From the NCBI RefSeq assembly GCF_006345805.1, contig NC_043000.1, positions 41,788,001 to 41,852,000 of the forward strand: a stretch of DNA of 64,000 nt, in the 5' to 3' direction. This document shows positions 24,912-37,467 of this stretch, piece after piece. The position numbers were made by a program, and so were the translations under genes. Each line of letters opens with the position of its first letter. The stretch's first letter is position 1. A model generated the notes under the pieces. The model did not search any database. It was not told where the DNA came from and saw only the letters and a program-made list of their open reading frames with translations. Source of the stretch: Octopus sinensis (Eukaryota).

Positions 24912-25879
24912 GTTACTTTTTGGTTATCTCACTCCCGTTAAAAAGTTGGGTTATCTCTCTCACATTTTATGAGAAATATCGGTACTTTTTGGTTATCTCC
25001 CTCAACTAAAAAAATTGTTTAACATTCAATAAAAGAAAAAATATGAAAAAAATTAGTATACATGAAAAGGGAAAAGATGAAACATTGTACTGAATCTCAT
25101 AATATTTTTATAACAAATCATGCAAACTGAAAAAATGAATAAACATGAAAGCTGAAAAAAATTAAATATCTGTCGCGGTAGCTAGATAGTTGAATGATCT
25201 CCCTTGCAAGAATATTATAGAATAATCTCCCTTTCTAAGTTTCTCGAAGCATCTGTGTCATGAGACGTGATTCTTAATTATTCAAGCTTAGCGTTACTCT
25301 TGGGAGTTTCTAGAATGTCTAGCGTTCCATTAATAAAAACAGCTTGCTAACCCTGTTCTTTGCTTCTTAGTTGATTAGACTTAGAGCCATTCACGTCATT
25401 CCTATGTCTGTCTATTTCTCTACGCCACTTGACTGAAAGCCACTACTTAGCTGTTAATTCTATATTTCCTATCTCTGAACTTTCTTGCATAGATTACTTC
25501 ATTCAACTAGATTCTACATTTTGATTATGTATCGTCATCGACTAGTAAAAGTATATTTTTATATAGTAAATATATAGTTCTTGAATTTATTCTTCATCTC
25601 TATACGAACACTTGTAAAAATATACACGCAGCCACATCAACACCTGATACTGAATATATATTTCCACTACTCGTCCTATTGAATCTGATAACATTTTTAT
25701 AACTAATCATACCATGCCTACAGAAGAGGCCAAACATCAACATGTTGAAGTATTGAATCAAAAGGATATAACTCTTTTAATCCAATCTCTTGTCACCACA
25801 TAGACTCAATTTTTTAGCGGGGAGATAATTCAATATTTTAATTGCAATTTTAATGGGAGTGAGATAACCAAGAAGTACC
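24912..25879. mobile_element. Non-autonomous DNA transposon (~970 bp) with ~32 bp TIRs, superfamily unassigned
   Basis: GTTACTTTTTGGTTATCTCACTCCCGTTAAAA is mirrored by TTTTAATGGGAGTGAGATAACCAAGAAGTACC. Subterminal TTATCTCCC repeats. No clear TSD. Confidence 0.65.
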
Positions 25880-25934
25880 AAGAAGAGTTCTTGGAAAGGC
25901 GTATGACATTTTACTTCGAATTCTTCATCCTCTG

Positions 25935-26537
25935 CTTTGTTTTCCTTCTCTTCCTCTTCTCATCCTATACCTTTTCTTCCTTGTTACCTTTTCTTCATCT
26001 ACTTCTTTCTTTCATTTATTCTCCCTTTCTTTCTTTCTTTCTTTTCTCACATAGTTTTCCTTTGTTTCCTTTCTTTTTCATTTCTATCTTTAAGTCTTTC
26101 CTTCTTACCTTTTCTATCTTTCTTCACATTATTCTTGTCTTCTGTTTCTTTGTCTCTTTTTCTTTCCTTCATCGTATTTCCACTTCTCTTTTTCTAAATT
26201 TTTCTTTATTTCTCTACTACTCTTGTTTCATTCTTTCTTTCTTTCTTATCCTTATTCTTCTTCATCTTGTTTTTCTTCTCCCTCCTCTTTCCTTCCTATT
26301 CTTCTCCTCCAATGTAAATGGTTCTTATTGGAATAAATCGGAACATAACGCAAAATAACAGAATATTCTGTTATTTTACGATGAAGCTCTTTGAAAAACG
26401 AAAAGTTGCTCAACAAAGGAACTCAGAGGAATATTCACGTATTAGTCGCAAATAAACTTGTTAACACCTGATTGCAGCGTTTCTTTCTCTCTATCCTTTC
26501 CTTCTTTCTTCCTTCCTTTCTTTCTTTCTTTCTTTCT

Positions 26538-26576
<39 letters not shown>

Positions 26577-27070
26577 CTCTCACTTCGTGGGCAGCAGCGG
26601 GGAAGAGAAAATTATTTTTTCTTTCTTGCGGGTTCATTTTTCTTCTTCTTCTTTCTGAGAACGAAGACAGAGAGAGAAGAAAGAATGAAGGAGAAAAGAA
26701 CTAAAGAAAGAAGAAAAAGAAAAGAAGAAAGAAAAATGAAAAAAAATAAAAGAAAAAAATTACTTTCTTCTGTAACTATAACAACAGTTGATAGCTGTAG
26801 GCGTTATGGTTGCTGCTGCTGCTGCTGCTGCTGCTACTGCTGTTGTTATAGTTACAGAAGAAAGTCACTCTTTCTTTTATTTCTTTAATGTTCTTTCTTC
26901 TTTTCTTTTTCTTTTCTCTTTCGTTCTTTTTCGTTCATTCTTTCTTTTTTTGTCTGTCTTCATTTTCAGAAAGAAGAAGAAGGAGAAAAGTTGATTGCTA
27001 TACGCGCTATGGTTACTGCTACTGCTGCTATTGTTGTTGTTGTTGTTGCTGTTGTTGTTGTTGTTGTTAG
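25935..27070. repeat. Pyrimidine-rich low complexity, (CTTT)n and (GCT)/(GTT) tracts
   Basis: Direct inspection. Confidence 0.85.
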
Positions 27071-27319
27071 ATAACGTTATTCTTCTTTCTTTTCGTCGAC
27101 GTCGTTATCGGTGTCGTTGCAATGTAAGCAACATAGATTCTATGTATTATTTGTTTTCACTGTCTGTGAATCTCCTCCTAAATGTCACCAAATACACACA
27201 CACACACACACATATTTATATTTATATATACATGTATACATACATATATATATATATATATATACATGTATACATAGGTACATACATACACACACACACA
27301 CATATATATGTATATATAT

Positions 27320-27378
<59 letters not shown>

Positions 27379-27424
27379 CATGTATACATACACACACATA
27401 TACATACATACATGCATACTTGTA

Positions 27425-27673
27425 CAGAAATCACTCGCCATATTGCGGTTCACCTATCGCGGACTCCTCAGTTTATCGCGGGTTTCTGTGGCTGATAGGT
27501 ATATATACTTTTTAAGACTTTGATTACTTGTGTGATAAAATAAGCATTTTCCCGGTTAAAAATCAATAGATTAGTAAATAAAAATACAGTACAATACTGT
27601 TTCTACTTCCCGGATTTTCACCTATCGTGTGGGGTTTTGGAATCTAACGCCCACGATAGTCGAGGGATTACTG
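27425..27673. mobile_element. pogo/Tigger-like MITE
   Basis: TA-CAGAAATCACTCGCCATATTGCG ... CACGATAGTCGAGGGATTACTG-TA: ~23 bp TIRs with a TA target duplication. Confidence 0.75.
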
Positions 27674-27690
27674 TATATATATATAAAAGA

Positions 27691-27960
27691 AAAAATAGAG
27701 TGAAGAAACTAAAAAAGACTTCTGTTATATGGTTAAAGAATATATTTAAATCGTCATGTTAGAAAAACGTTATAAAATTTTGTGTGTAGTGACATTGTTT
27801 TTAATGTCATTACACACAAAATTTTATAACATTTTTCTTACATCACGATATAAATATATTCTTTAACCATATAACACAAGTCTTCTGTAGATTTTTCACT
27901 CTATTTTTACTTTCATACATCCAACCACGTCCTTCCATATACCAACTCTCTCACCTTGCA
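27691..27960 (+). repeat. Imperfect fold-back (~106 bp arms, 6-nt loop) plus a ~50 bp tail, TA-flanked
   Basis: 27691-27796 is the reverse complement of 27803-27908, with scattered mismatches. Confidence 0.85.
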
Positions 27961-27967
27961 TATATAT

Positions 27968-28379
27968 ATTGTTTTACTCTTTTACTTGTTTCAGTCATTT
28001 GACTGTGGCCTATGCTGGAGCACTGCTTTTAGTCGAGCAAATCGACCCCAGGACTTATTCTTTGTAAACCAAGTACTTATTCTATCGGTATCTTTTACCG
28101 AACCGTTAAGTTACGGGGACGTAAACACACCGGAATCGGTTGACAAACGATATTGGGAGGGGGACAAACAGAGACACACAAACATGCATATATATAATAT
28201 ATACGAAGGGCTTCTTTCAGTTTCCGTCTACCAAATACACTCACAAGTTTTTGGTTAGCTCGATGTTATAGTAGAAGACACGTGCCCAAAGTGCCACGCA
28301 GTGGGACTGAACCCGGAACCCGGAACCTGAACCATGTGCTTGGTAAGCAAGCTACTTAACACACAGCCACTCCTGCGCC
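27968..28379 (-). mobile_element. SINE family B
   Basis: Reverse-complement match; small CCGGAAC duplication in the head. Confidence 0.9.
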
Positions 28380-28539
28380 TATATAAGTATTGAGAGTAAA
28401 AATTATTATCAAAAAATAACAATTTATACCAGTGGCAAGTATGCGTAAAAAAAACAGTCAGTAGCTTTCCTCTCATATTTGAATATAATTTGTATATGTG
28501 TGTGTATGTGTGTGTGTGCGTGTGCGTTTGTGTATTTGT

Positions 28540-28791
28540 CATTTGTGTATGTTTTTCGTTCCCCACAATCACTTGACAACCGATGTTAGTTTCTTTACGT
28601 ACCCGTCAATTTGCAATTCGGCAAAAAGATTCCGATAGAATAAGTACTAGGCTAACGAAGAATAAATCCTGGGGACGATTTGTTCGTCTAAATGCAGTGC
28701 ACTAGCATGGCCGCAGTCAGATGACTGAAACAAGTAAAAAATAAAAGAATATAATACTATATATATAAAGTAAAAGAATAAAAGAATATAA

Positions 28792-28833
<42 letters not shown>

Positions 28834-28865
28834 TATAAATTAAAAGAATATAATACTATATATAT
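28540..28865 (+). mobile_element. SINE family B 3' half with tandemly amplified tail (TAAAAGAATATAATACTATATA x3)
   Basis: Family B tail motifs; the tail repeat resumes after the Helitron at ~29271. Confidence 0.85.
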
Positions 28866-28868
28866 ATA

Positions 28869-29269
28869 CTAGCAGTATCGCCCGGCGTTGCTCGGATTTG
28901 TAAGGGAAATAACTATATAAGCATTTTAGAGAGTTACTTCCCTTATATAATAGCAAAAAAATGCATTAAAAATGGAAAAAAAAATGATTGTAATTTTTTT
29001 TAAATCGTAGACTCATCGTAGACATTTTTAGAGAGTTACTTCCCTTATAAAATAGCAAAAAAATGCATTAAAAATAGAAAAAAAATTATGGTAAATTTTT
29101 TTAATTGTAGACTTATCGTAGACGCGCGCTAATACCCAGAAGGGTTCGATATGAATCACGACTATAAGATACCCGCTTTTGGTTAAACTGCACCGCAAAA
29201 TGTGGGAGTAGTTAGGAATCTAAATCGTAGGAGACAGACACCACACAACTTCAGTTTTATATATATAGA
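28869..29269 (-). mobile_element. Non-autonomous Helitron, complete
   Basis: Minus strand starts A|TCTATATATATAAAACTG and ends CCGAGCAACGCCGGGCGATACTGCTAG|T (5' TC, 3' hairpin + CTAG, inserted between A and T). Internal ~105 bp duplication. Sibling at 63817. Confidence 0.8.
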
Positions 29270-29743
29270 TAAAGTAAAAGAATAAAAAAATAAAAGATTG
29301 TATATATATATATATATATAAAATTCGCACCTCGCATGTATGTTTTCCACCAACAGCGTCTCTTTCTTTCTCTCCCTCTCTCTCTCTGTCTACCTCTCTC
29401 CCATTCACTCCTTCTCACCTCCTTTTCTCATTTACACAAAAACGTACACATACTACCTTATCTCGACTGAGCCATTGTGGAAGCCTCTACTTGATCACTT
29501 GACCTGCTAGAGTTTGCAGTCATATCTACTGCCTTTAACAAATCTTAAGCAGAAAAAAAAGAAGCAGAAATGAGCAGAACGTCTCTCTCTAAGGAAGATA
29601 ATGGCATAAAAATTATACAATCATTGCAAGCGGATATGCATTAAATTTGTACCAAAAAAAATGCCAGCTAATGTGTGTATATGATACCTCGAAAAGGAAT
29701 CGATTAAATGTACAACTGAAAGACAGCCCCCACCTTGAATATT

Positions 29744-30079
29744 GAAACCCCCTTCGGTCACGAATGGCCTTGGGATTGCACCTAGAAAGTTACCCTCCGA
29801 GGCACAAGTCCGGGTAAGGTTGTTTATGAAAGACCATCAGTCACCCATGCATCCTAGCCTCCCCTCTCCACGCCACCGATGTTATCCAAGGGAAAGGCAA
29901 AGGTCGATACAGCTTGGCACCTGTGACGTCGCAATTCATTTCTACAGCTGAGTGAACTGGAGCAACGTGAAATAAAGTGTCTTGCTCAAGAACACAACAC
30001 ACAGCCCGATCCGGGATTCGAACTCACAACCTCACGATCGTAAGCTTGACACCCTAACCACTGAGCCATGCGCCTTCAC
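29744..30079 (-). mobile_element. SINE family D (tRNA head + CORE-type domain), full length
   Basis: TGGCTCAGTGG A box, GAGTTCGAATCC B box, GTGTTCTTGAGCAAGACACTT..CACTCAGCTG core. TSD CCCACCT(T/G)GAATA. Confidence 0.9.
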
Positions 30080-30479
30080 CCACCTGGAATACACTCCTAC
30101 AAATAGAAAACAAAATCAAACACACCCATGAAAAGAAGTGATCAGGAAGTGAATCCATTGTTGTAGAGAATATAAAAATGAATCTTGAGGTTATTTAGAA
30201 TTAGCCACAAGACATTAAAAATTCGGGCCACTGTTCCTAGGAGACAGCTCACTAACAGAAGGATGGGTATGTGAAATACTGAATGTGTAATTTGAAAGTG
30301 TGTTCCTACCTCTTTTTTGTGAAACAAGCAAATGATTGAGTTAGGTAAGTTCTTTAACATCACCGTTCCACATTAGGAAGCGACAATCGTCGATTACATT
30401 GACATAAAAATAGAAGGTTATTTATCGTTTATCGTCATAGCCCCAATGGTTTCCAGGAATTTTCTGAGAAAAAAGTAAT

Positions 30480-30765
30480 TTAGTATTCCAGATTATTTTT
30501 CACAACCTGCTAGTTAGAAGGTGTTTTTAGCAAAAGTTGAAAGAAGGTATAATATGCCCCATTCGGAATGGAAGAAGCAGAACAGAGGATAAAACATTAC
30601 ACGTCTATCTTTCTGACGTCACTTATCAGCTAAGTCATGTAAAGAATTATCAGAAGATCTTTCATAAACTCGATCACAAAATGACATATTACAAACTGTG
30701 TTATCTTGGCATGCTTTGGAAATTAAGAAGCTGATTACAAGAGATTTTATGAATTAAATCTCAGA
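30480..30765 (+). pseudogene. CR1/Jockey-type LINE RT fragment
   Basis: LKEGIICPIRNGRSR..SIFLTSLISKV..FHKLDHKM..YKLCYLGMLWKLRS resembles the I.PI.K....NYRPISLTS and AFDKVDH motifs. Confidence 0.65.
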
Positions 30766-30861
30766 CAGTTGCAGCCAACGTTGCATACGCTAGCGAAGCA
30801 CAAATTCTGAGTGGAGTTCTTTGGAGAACTCTCTTGGAACAACTGTTGTTAGAAGCGGCCA

Positions 30862-31480
30862 CTCTTATCATGATAATATAAAAGTATCACAAGGAATTAT
30901 CGTAAACCTACAGCAGTCTACGAGTGGAATGAAGAAAACAACATGCGAGTTAATGCTAGACAATTTCAAAACTCTCTGCCCATCTTCAGGATGAAGACGA
31001 AAATTGGTAAATAAATACAAGACAGTATGTTTGAGAGATTGGCTGCAACTGATGATGAGCGCAAGACAACGTGAGCTTCTATGCGTAGACAATAAATAAC
31101 AGGAAAAAGAATCTGAGTGAGGGAAATTAAAAGAGGAAGAGAATTGGGTGAAGTGGAGATAAAAACTGAAGTGAGAAGTAAACTGAAGAATAAGTAAGGG
31201 ATTACCAAAATAAGAAGAAGTGAAGTTGTAGAAAGAAAAAAAAACGTTTATTTAAACCTGTCCGTGACATGGTTCCGTGTTTGAATATGAATCGTTCTTA
31301 TTTTCGTTTTCTTGAGTGTGCGAAGAAGCTGCACACTCATAAATGGGTAACGGAAATGGCCCCTTCATAATTCTGTCCTATCATCTTTAATCTAAAGGAT
31401 TGTGCCTGAATCACTGTATGCTCGATTCTTCGTGGTTATTTCACTCTACTCTTCTTCTCACCTAGAGTACATAGGTACAA
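30862..31480 (-). mobile_element. Penelope-like element 3' portion: GIY-YIG C-terminus, 3' UTR and decayed hammerhead
   Basis: Minus 31312-31245 reads RKRK*ERFIFKHGTMSRTGLNKR (E..FI....T..P.GLN motif). CCTGAAGATGGGCAGAGAGTTTTGAAATTGTC at ~30990-30959. Confidence 0.65.
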
Positions 31481-31547
31481 ATCAATAATCGAAGACTGCT
31501 AGTATAAACAGAGGAATTTCAGTTATTATCACTTAATCTTTCACATA

Positions 31548-31709
31548 AGCGCAGGAGTGGCTGTGTGGTAAGTAGCTTGCTTACCAACCATATGGTTCCG
31601 GATTCATTCCCACTGCGTGGCACCTTGGGCAAGTGTCTTCTATTAAAGCCTTGGGCTGACCAAAGTCGTGTGAGTGGATTTGGTAGACAGAAACTGAAAG
31701 AAGCCTCTC

Positions 31710-31798
<89 letters not shown>

Positions 31799-32015
31799 GT
31801 TTGTGTCTGTGTTTGTCACCCCAACATCGCTTGACAACCAATGGTAGTGTGTCTACGTCCCCGTCACTTAGCGGTTCGACAAAAGAGACCGATAGAATAA
31901 GTACTAGGCTTACAAAGAATAAGTCCTGGGGGCGATTTGCTCGACTAAAGGCGGTGCTCCAGCGTGGCCGCAGTCAAATGACTGAAACAAGTAAAAGAGA
32001 AAAGAGAAAGAGAGA
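31548..32015 (+). mobile_element. SINE family B, full length
   Basis: Matches the family B consensus. Confidence 0.93.
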
Positions 32016-33243
32016 ATATCAAGAACTTCATCAGTCATGTATCCCTTCTTTCGTAAAATTTGAGGAAATTTGCCTGCTATGTTTAGCAGAACAAGTGACA
32101 ACATAGAACGAGTTTCATTGGGTCAGAAATAATATTGTTTTATTTGTTGGGGGTAGTATAAAATAACATATAAAAAAAAATAATGATAATGGTTGGATAA
32201 ATACGAGAAATGTGTTAGGAAATGTACAGGAAGTATAAAGTATAATTCATATCACATATTATAGAAAGAAGTACTTTTGCTGCTTAACTGACCAATATGT
32301 CGCGTTCATAGAAGCAGAAGGCCAATTCATTGAAATTATCAATTGCTTTTCAATGAACTGATTAATGTATGTATGTATATATATATATATAATATATATA
32401 TATATATACGTGTGTGTGTGCGCGTGCAAGTGTCTATGAAAAGAAAATCCGAATTTACTCCTTTACAATAGGCAACATTCTGCGCGTGCATAACAAATAC
32501 TTCAACCAATGCATAGACGGAAGAAATATGTGACATACGACACACTGACTCATGTCATGTTGAGTGCATTCGGATCCTTCCTGCTTCCCTGACCTATATT
32601 ACCTCCGCTAAGCATTTATTTTAAGGTTTGTGTCATCCAGCATTTGCTGCATACCTGTTCGATAAGACATGATTTGCCCAAAATTTAAAGAATTAAGAGA
32701 AAATATTAGTATTTATGAAATTATGAAATTTGTATTGTATTCGTATTTTATAGATAGTATCTAGAAAAATAAATTGTTTTGCTACGTAATATAAATATTC
32801 TTGTTTCTTTTTCTCACTAGTATATGTCATTGAACTGCAAACAAGCTGCAGAAACACCTTTAAGACTCCGGTATACATTTGGTAAGGAGAATGCTACTGT
32901 ACTTGACATCAACAAAAGCATTCGAGCCAGGTGGTATTATAGAGAATCAAAAGCATTCGACTTTGGTTTGGCGCTTTAGGTTCCATTCTTCTCTCACATT
33001 TTAAGATCGGACAATTGCGACGAGTACTAATGGAGCTCTCATAAGCCGTTGCTTTATCAATTCTGGTGTAACCTACAGTTTGAGTTTTGTTTCGCAAAAA
33101 TCGCTTCCCTTTCAAAAGTCTAAAACCGATTTGAATTCGAAATTCGAGATAACAAACCTATATGAAGTTGGAGATGTGTTTCAATGCCTACATTTTATTT
33201 AATTTTCCTTCTGTCGATGATATCTGTGATTCTTAAGGATAAG

Positions 33244-33586
33244 TGGAAGTACTCCGTCGGTTACGACGAGGGTTCCGGTTGATCCGATCAACGGAACAGC
33301 CTGCTCGTGAAATTAACGTGCAAGTGGCTGAGCACTCCACAGACACGTGTACCCTTAACGTAGTTCTCGGGGATATTCAGTGTGACACAGAGTGACAAGG
33401 CCGGCCCCTTGAAATACAGGTACAACAGAAACAGGAAGTAAGAGTGAGAGAAAGTTGTGGTGAAAGAGTACAGCAGGGATCACCACCATCCCTGCCGGAG
33501 CCTCGTGGAGCTTTAGGTGTTTTCGCTCAATAAACACTCACAACGCCCGCGAGTCCGCTGCTCTAACCACTGGGCCATTGCGCCTC
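33244..33586 (-). mobile_element. SINE family C with the B-box region deleted
   Basis: Perfect 11-bp TSD TAAGGATAAGT. Lacks ~30 bp of the head present at 7160-7190. Confidence 0.92.
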
Positions 33587-34905
33587 TAAGGATAAGTACG
33601 ATGTCAGTGACATAATAACAGTGTTTGTAGCCATTAAACTCTGGGCTACCAACGTTTGGTTTTGTCCTACTAAAGATTTTACTCTTTACATTCTCTCCAA
33701 CAACCCAGCCTCTCATTCCTCTCAATCCAACTGGGATGTTAACACTCTTGAAGTTTCTTGGGTTACTTCCTACAGATTCGACCTTCGAGAGCTAATTCTT
33801 TACCTATAAATTGAAGATGTTGCCAAAAGTATTCACAAAACAAAATCGGAGAGCCTATATCCTCGGAATGCCTAAGTGCATTACCTCTGATATTTCTGGA
33901 ACGCGAATCGGAACGATGTGCCGACGTGTTATGCAAGGGAGATTTTCGAAAGTATTACTCTAAACTGTGGCATACAAGAAAAAACGGAACAAAGAATGAG
34001 CCATACTGTTAGATATCAATAGTTCCTTTCTCAAAATGTTGTACCAAAAAGCTGAATAGACACAATTTAGAATTTGAATGTCCATAATTATATTTCTTTC
34101 TAACATCCCATGTCAAGCCATATGTTGAAGGTTATAACTATTCATAACTAACAATTCATTGATTTAACAGTTGGAAATGCCAAATTTAAAAGGGCATACA
34201 AAAACCGTTTGAACGCCTGGACATACAACAGAGATGGCATGTGTAACACAAAACATCCAACTCTGAAGACGGTGCTTCAGGATACACTTAACCCAGACAG
34301 GTACTAAAACAAATCATAAGACTAATTAACTTAATTTTGTAAAAAAAAAAGTAACTAAAATCTATAAACAAAAAGAGAGAAAAAATAATCAAAACCAAAC
34401 TACTCAACTAGGATATGAAACCCACATTACGAAAGTAAAACTTGAAGTCATACTTCTTCTGTGTATGTATATCACCGCAGGTATTTAATATCAAACAGGT
34501 TGCAACATAAGAATCCAGCTAAAGTTTAACGTGCGTGCTAAGCATCACAAATCATATTACGCAGTGGTGCAAGACAGATCAACCGATTATTTGACGTAAA
34601 ATAGAGCCCCACTGAGTTAATAATAAAATACTGATCGCCTTTATGATATTACTTTGGAAATGGCGCCTCTTTAACTGAATTTCACATAAATCAATAGGTG
34701 GGATAAATACATATATACACTCACACAGACAGACGTACACACGTACACATACATTCATGCATGCATACATACATACATACATACATACATACATACATAC
34801 ATACATACATACATACATACGCACATAAATCCACACAAGCAAGCACATTTGTGCGTATGTTTGTATGTGCTTGTGTTCGTGGGAGCGTGTATGTGCACAA
34901 GTACA

Positions 34906-34982
<77 letters not shown>

Positions 34983-35202
34983 TGTGTGTGTGCTTGCGTC
35001 GTGTTGTGTGTGTGTAAGGATATAAATCATATTGCTATACATAGCTTTGCAAATGTATATGAGTGTGCATACATATATGAGTGTATATATATATATATAT
35101 AAATATATATATATATACATATATATATACATGCATATGTATGTGTATATATATATATTATATATATATATACGCGAGAAAGAAGCAACAAAATGGATAG
35201 GT

Positions 35203-35293
35203 TTTTAGTACGATCGTTTCATACAAGGACAGGTTTTATTAAAAGTTGCAAAGATTACAGCATATAAACGAGTCCCGTACTCATCAGCTAAAA
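35203..35293 (-). ncRNA. Type I hammerhead ribozyme motif (mirror copy in the left arm)
   Basis: Reverse complement of 36174-36264. Confidence 0.7.
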
Positions 35294-36173
35294 TACATGT
35301 AAGTTCTCTAGACATCCTAGTGTTTGAGGCTATACTCATGAAGTAATGTAGATAATTAAACAGATTTCTAAAGTTCATTAAAGTTCTTTAAAGATGATGT
35401 ACAGTCTTATCACAGAATTTTAAAAAAGTTTTGATAGCATCACAGAGAAGGTGACCTAATCCATATGAATTTCCATAGATATGATGAGGGATTATATACT
35501 CACAGAAGACAAATTTATCCATTGTTAATTACAACGAGGTGGGTCTCAATTCCTGCTTATTAGCATTACAGAGAGGGTGAATTAATCCTTTGTATATATG
35601 CACAGATTCCAATGGTGTAGATGTAAATTTCCAGAGAATGGAGATGAATTTCATATTTACAGGCGATAAATTTTACAATGGTTGAACACAATGAGGTAGG
35701 TATCAATCCTTGTTATATGATTAGGCAAACACCTAATCATATAACAAGGATTGATACCTACCTCATTGTGTTCAACCATTGTAAAATTTATCGCCTGTAA
35801 ATATGAAATTCATCTCCATTTCTCTGGAAATTTACATCTACACCATTGGAATCTGTGCATATATACAAAGGATTAATTCACCCTCTCTGTAATGCTAATA
35901 AGCAGGAATTGAGACCCACCTCGTTGTAATTAACAATGGATAAATTTGTCTTCTGTGAGTATATAATCCCTCATCATATCTATGGAAATTCATATGGATT
36001 AGGTCACCTTCTCTGTGATGCTATCAAAACTTTTTTAAAATTCTGTGATAAGACTGTACATCATCTTTAAAGAACTTTAATGAACTTTAGAAATCTGTTT
36101 ATGTTAATTAATTATCTACATTACTTCATGAGTATAGCCTCAAGCACTAGGATGTCTAGAGAACTCACATGTA

Positions 36174-36264
36174 TTTTAGCTGATGAGTACGGGACTCGTT
36201 TATATGCTGTAATCTTTGCAACTTTTAATAAAACCTGTCCTTGTATGAAACGATCGTACTAAAA
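36174..36264 (+). ncRNA. Type I hammerhead ribozyme motif with extended stem II
   Basis: TTTTAG-CTGATGA-GTACGGGAC..GTCCTTGTAT-GAAA-CGATCG-TA-CTAAAA. Predicted cleavage after 36258. G10.1-U11.1 wobble instead of G-C. Confidence 0.72.
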
Positions 36265-36434
36265 ACCTATCCATTCTTGTTGCTTCTTTCTCGCTTATAA
36301 TCACCCCACATTACTGTATTGTTAAATCAGTATAGTTTTTTTTGGTGCATCTAAGTTAGGTACCATATTCAAGTAAATTTTTTAAATAACTTGAATCTTT
36401 ATTGCTCTTTGAGTATATATATATATATAATATA

Positions 36435-36474
<40 letters not shown>

Positions 36475-36541
36475 CATATACTTATATACAGGTATAAGCA
36501 TGCATCTTTAATTTCATGTATATACACCACACGCACAAACG

Positions 36542-36584
<43 letters not shown>

Positions 36585-36705
36585 ACATAGCTATTCTTGT
36601 TATGAAGCAGAAAGCGAAAAAACAATTGATAATAATATAGCGACTGACATAAATATGGCATTTATAGACATTCATTTGCAGAAATGACTGCTCCCTTAAT
36701 TTTGT

Positions 36706-37410
36706 TCAGAAGATCATGGCAATGTTGCTGTTGCTGTTGTTGTAGTAGTTGTTGTTGTTTCTGCTGCTGCTGCTGCTGCTGATGATGATGATGGTTATGA
36801 TGGCTGATGCTGCTGTCATAGTGTTGTCTGTGTTTATATATGTCGTGTATGTGTGTATAGAAGTGCATGTATGTTTTGCTTTATGTTGAAAGAAAAAGAC
36901 ATAGAGGCAATAATTCATATTCACTCAAACGAAAAATAATCAAAGCTTCATCAGGATTAGTGAATAAGTCGTGCATATCACGAACGAGACAGAAAACAAC
37001 AACAGCAGCAGCAACAACAAAAACAATAACAACAACAACAACAACAACAAAGTCGCCGTCAACAATAACAACAACAACGACGCCACTGACAAGTAACAAT
37101 AACCGCTGCAACAACGATGACACCAACACCAATAACAGCAACAGCGACAGCGACTACAAACATCAACGTTATCAGTAATGGCAATAATGAGGCCAACAGG
37201 AAGAGCAATGACACCAACAACAGTAACAACGGTAATAACAATAAAACAGCAATAAGAACAATAACAACGACGGCGCCTTGATAATAACAGCACCAATCAT
37301 GAGCAACGACAACAACAACAACAACACCGAAACCAACAGAAACAACGACGTCGATGACATCAACTGAAATTACGTTGATGACGTTAACAGCAATAACATC
37401 AACAGCAGGT
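36706..37410. repeat. (TGC/TGT)n and (CAA)n-rich low-complexity tracts
   Basis: Direct inspection. Confidence 0.85.
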
Positions 37411-37467
37411 CTTAATTTGTTCCTAGGAAAACAATAAATACGACATGAGCAATAAATATAGAAGTAT

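Larger units (their letters stand above)
35174..36412 (+). mobile_element. Penelope-like terminal element forming a 1.12 kb palindrome (~555 bp arms, 6-nt loop) plus a ~118 bp tail
   Basis: 35174-35725 is the reverse complement of 35732-36294 with few differences. The tail is homologous to the reverse complement of 16716-16817. (TA)n on both sides. Confidence 0.85.

Noticed and set aside
21782-26310. A-rich tract (21.8-22.4 kb) and T-rich tract (25.9-26.3 kb) as long inverted repeats
   Set aside because: Complementary only in composition; no specific alignment found.
33830-34500. Possible decayed retroelement coding sequence
   Set aside because: No diagnostic motif recovered.
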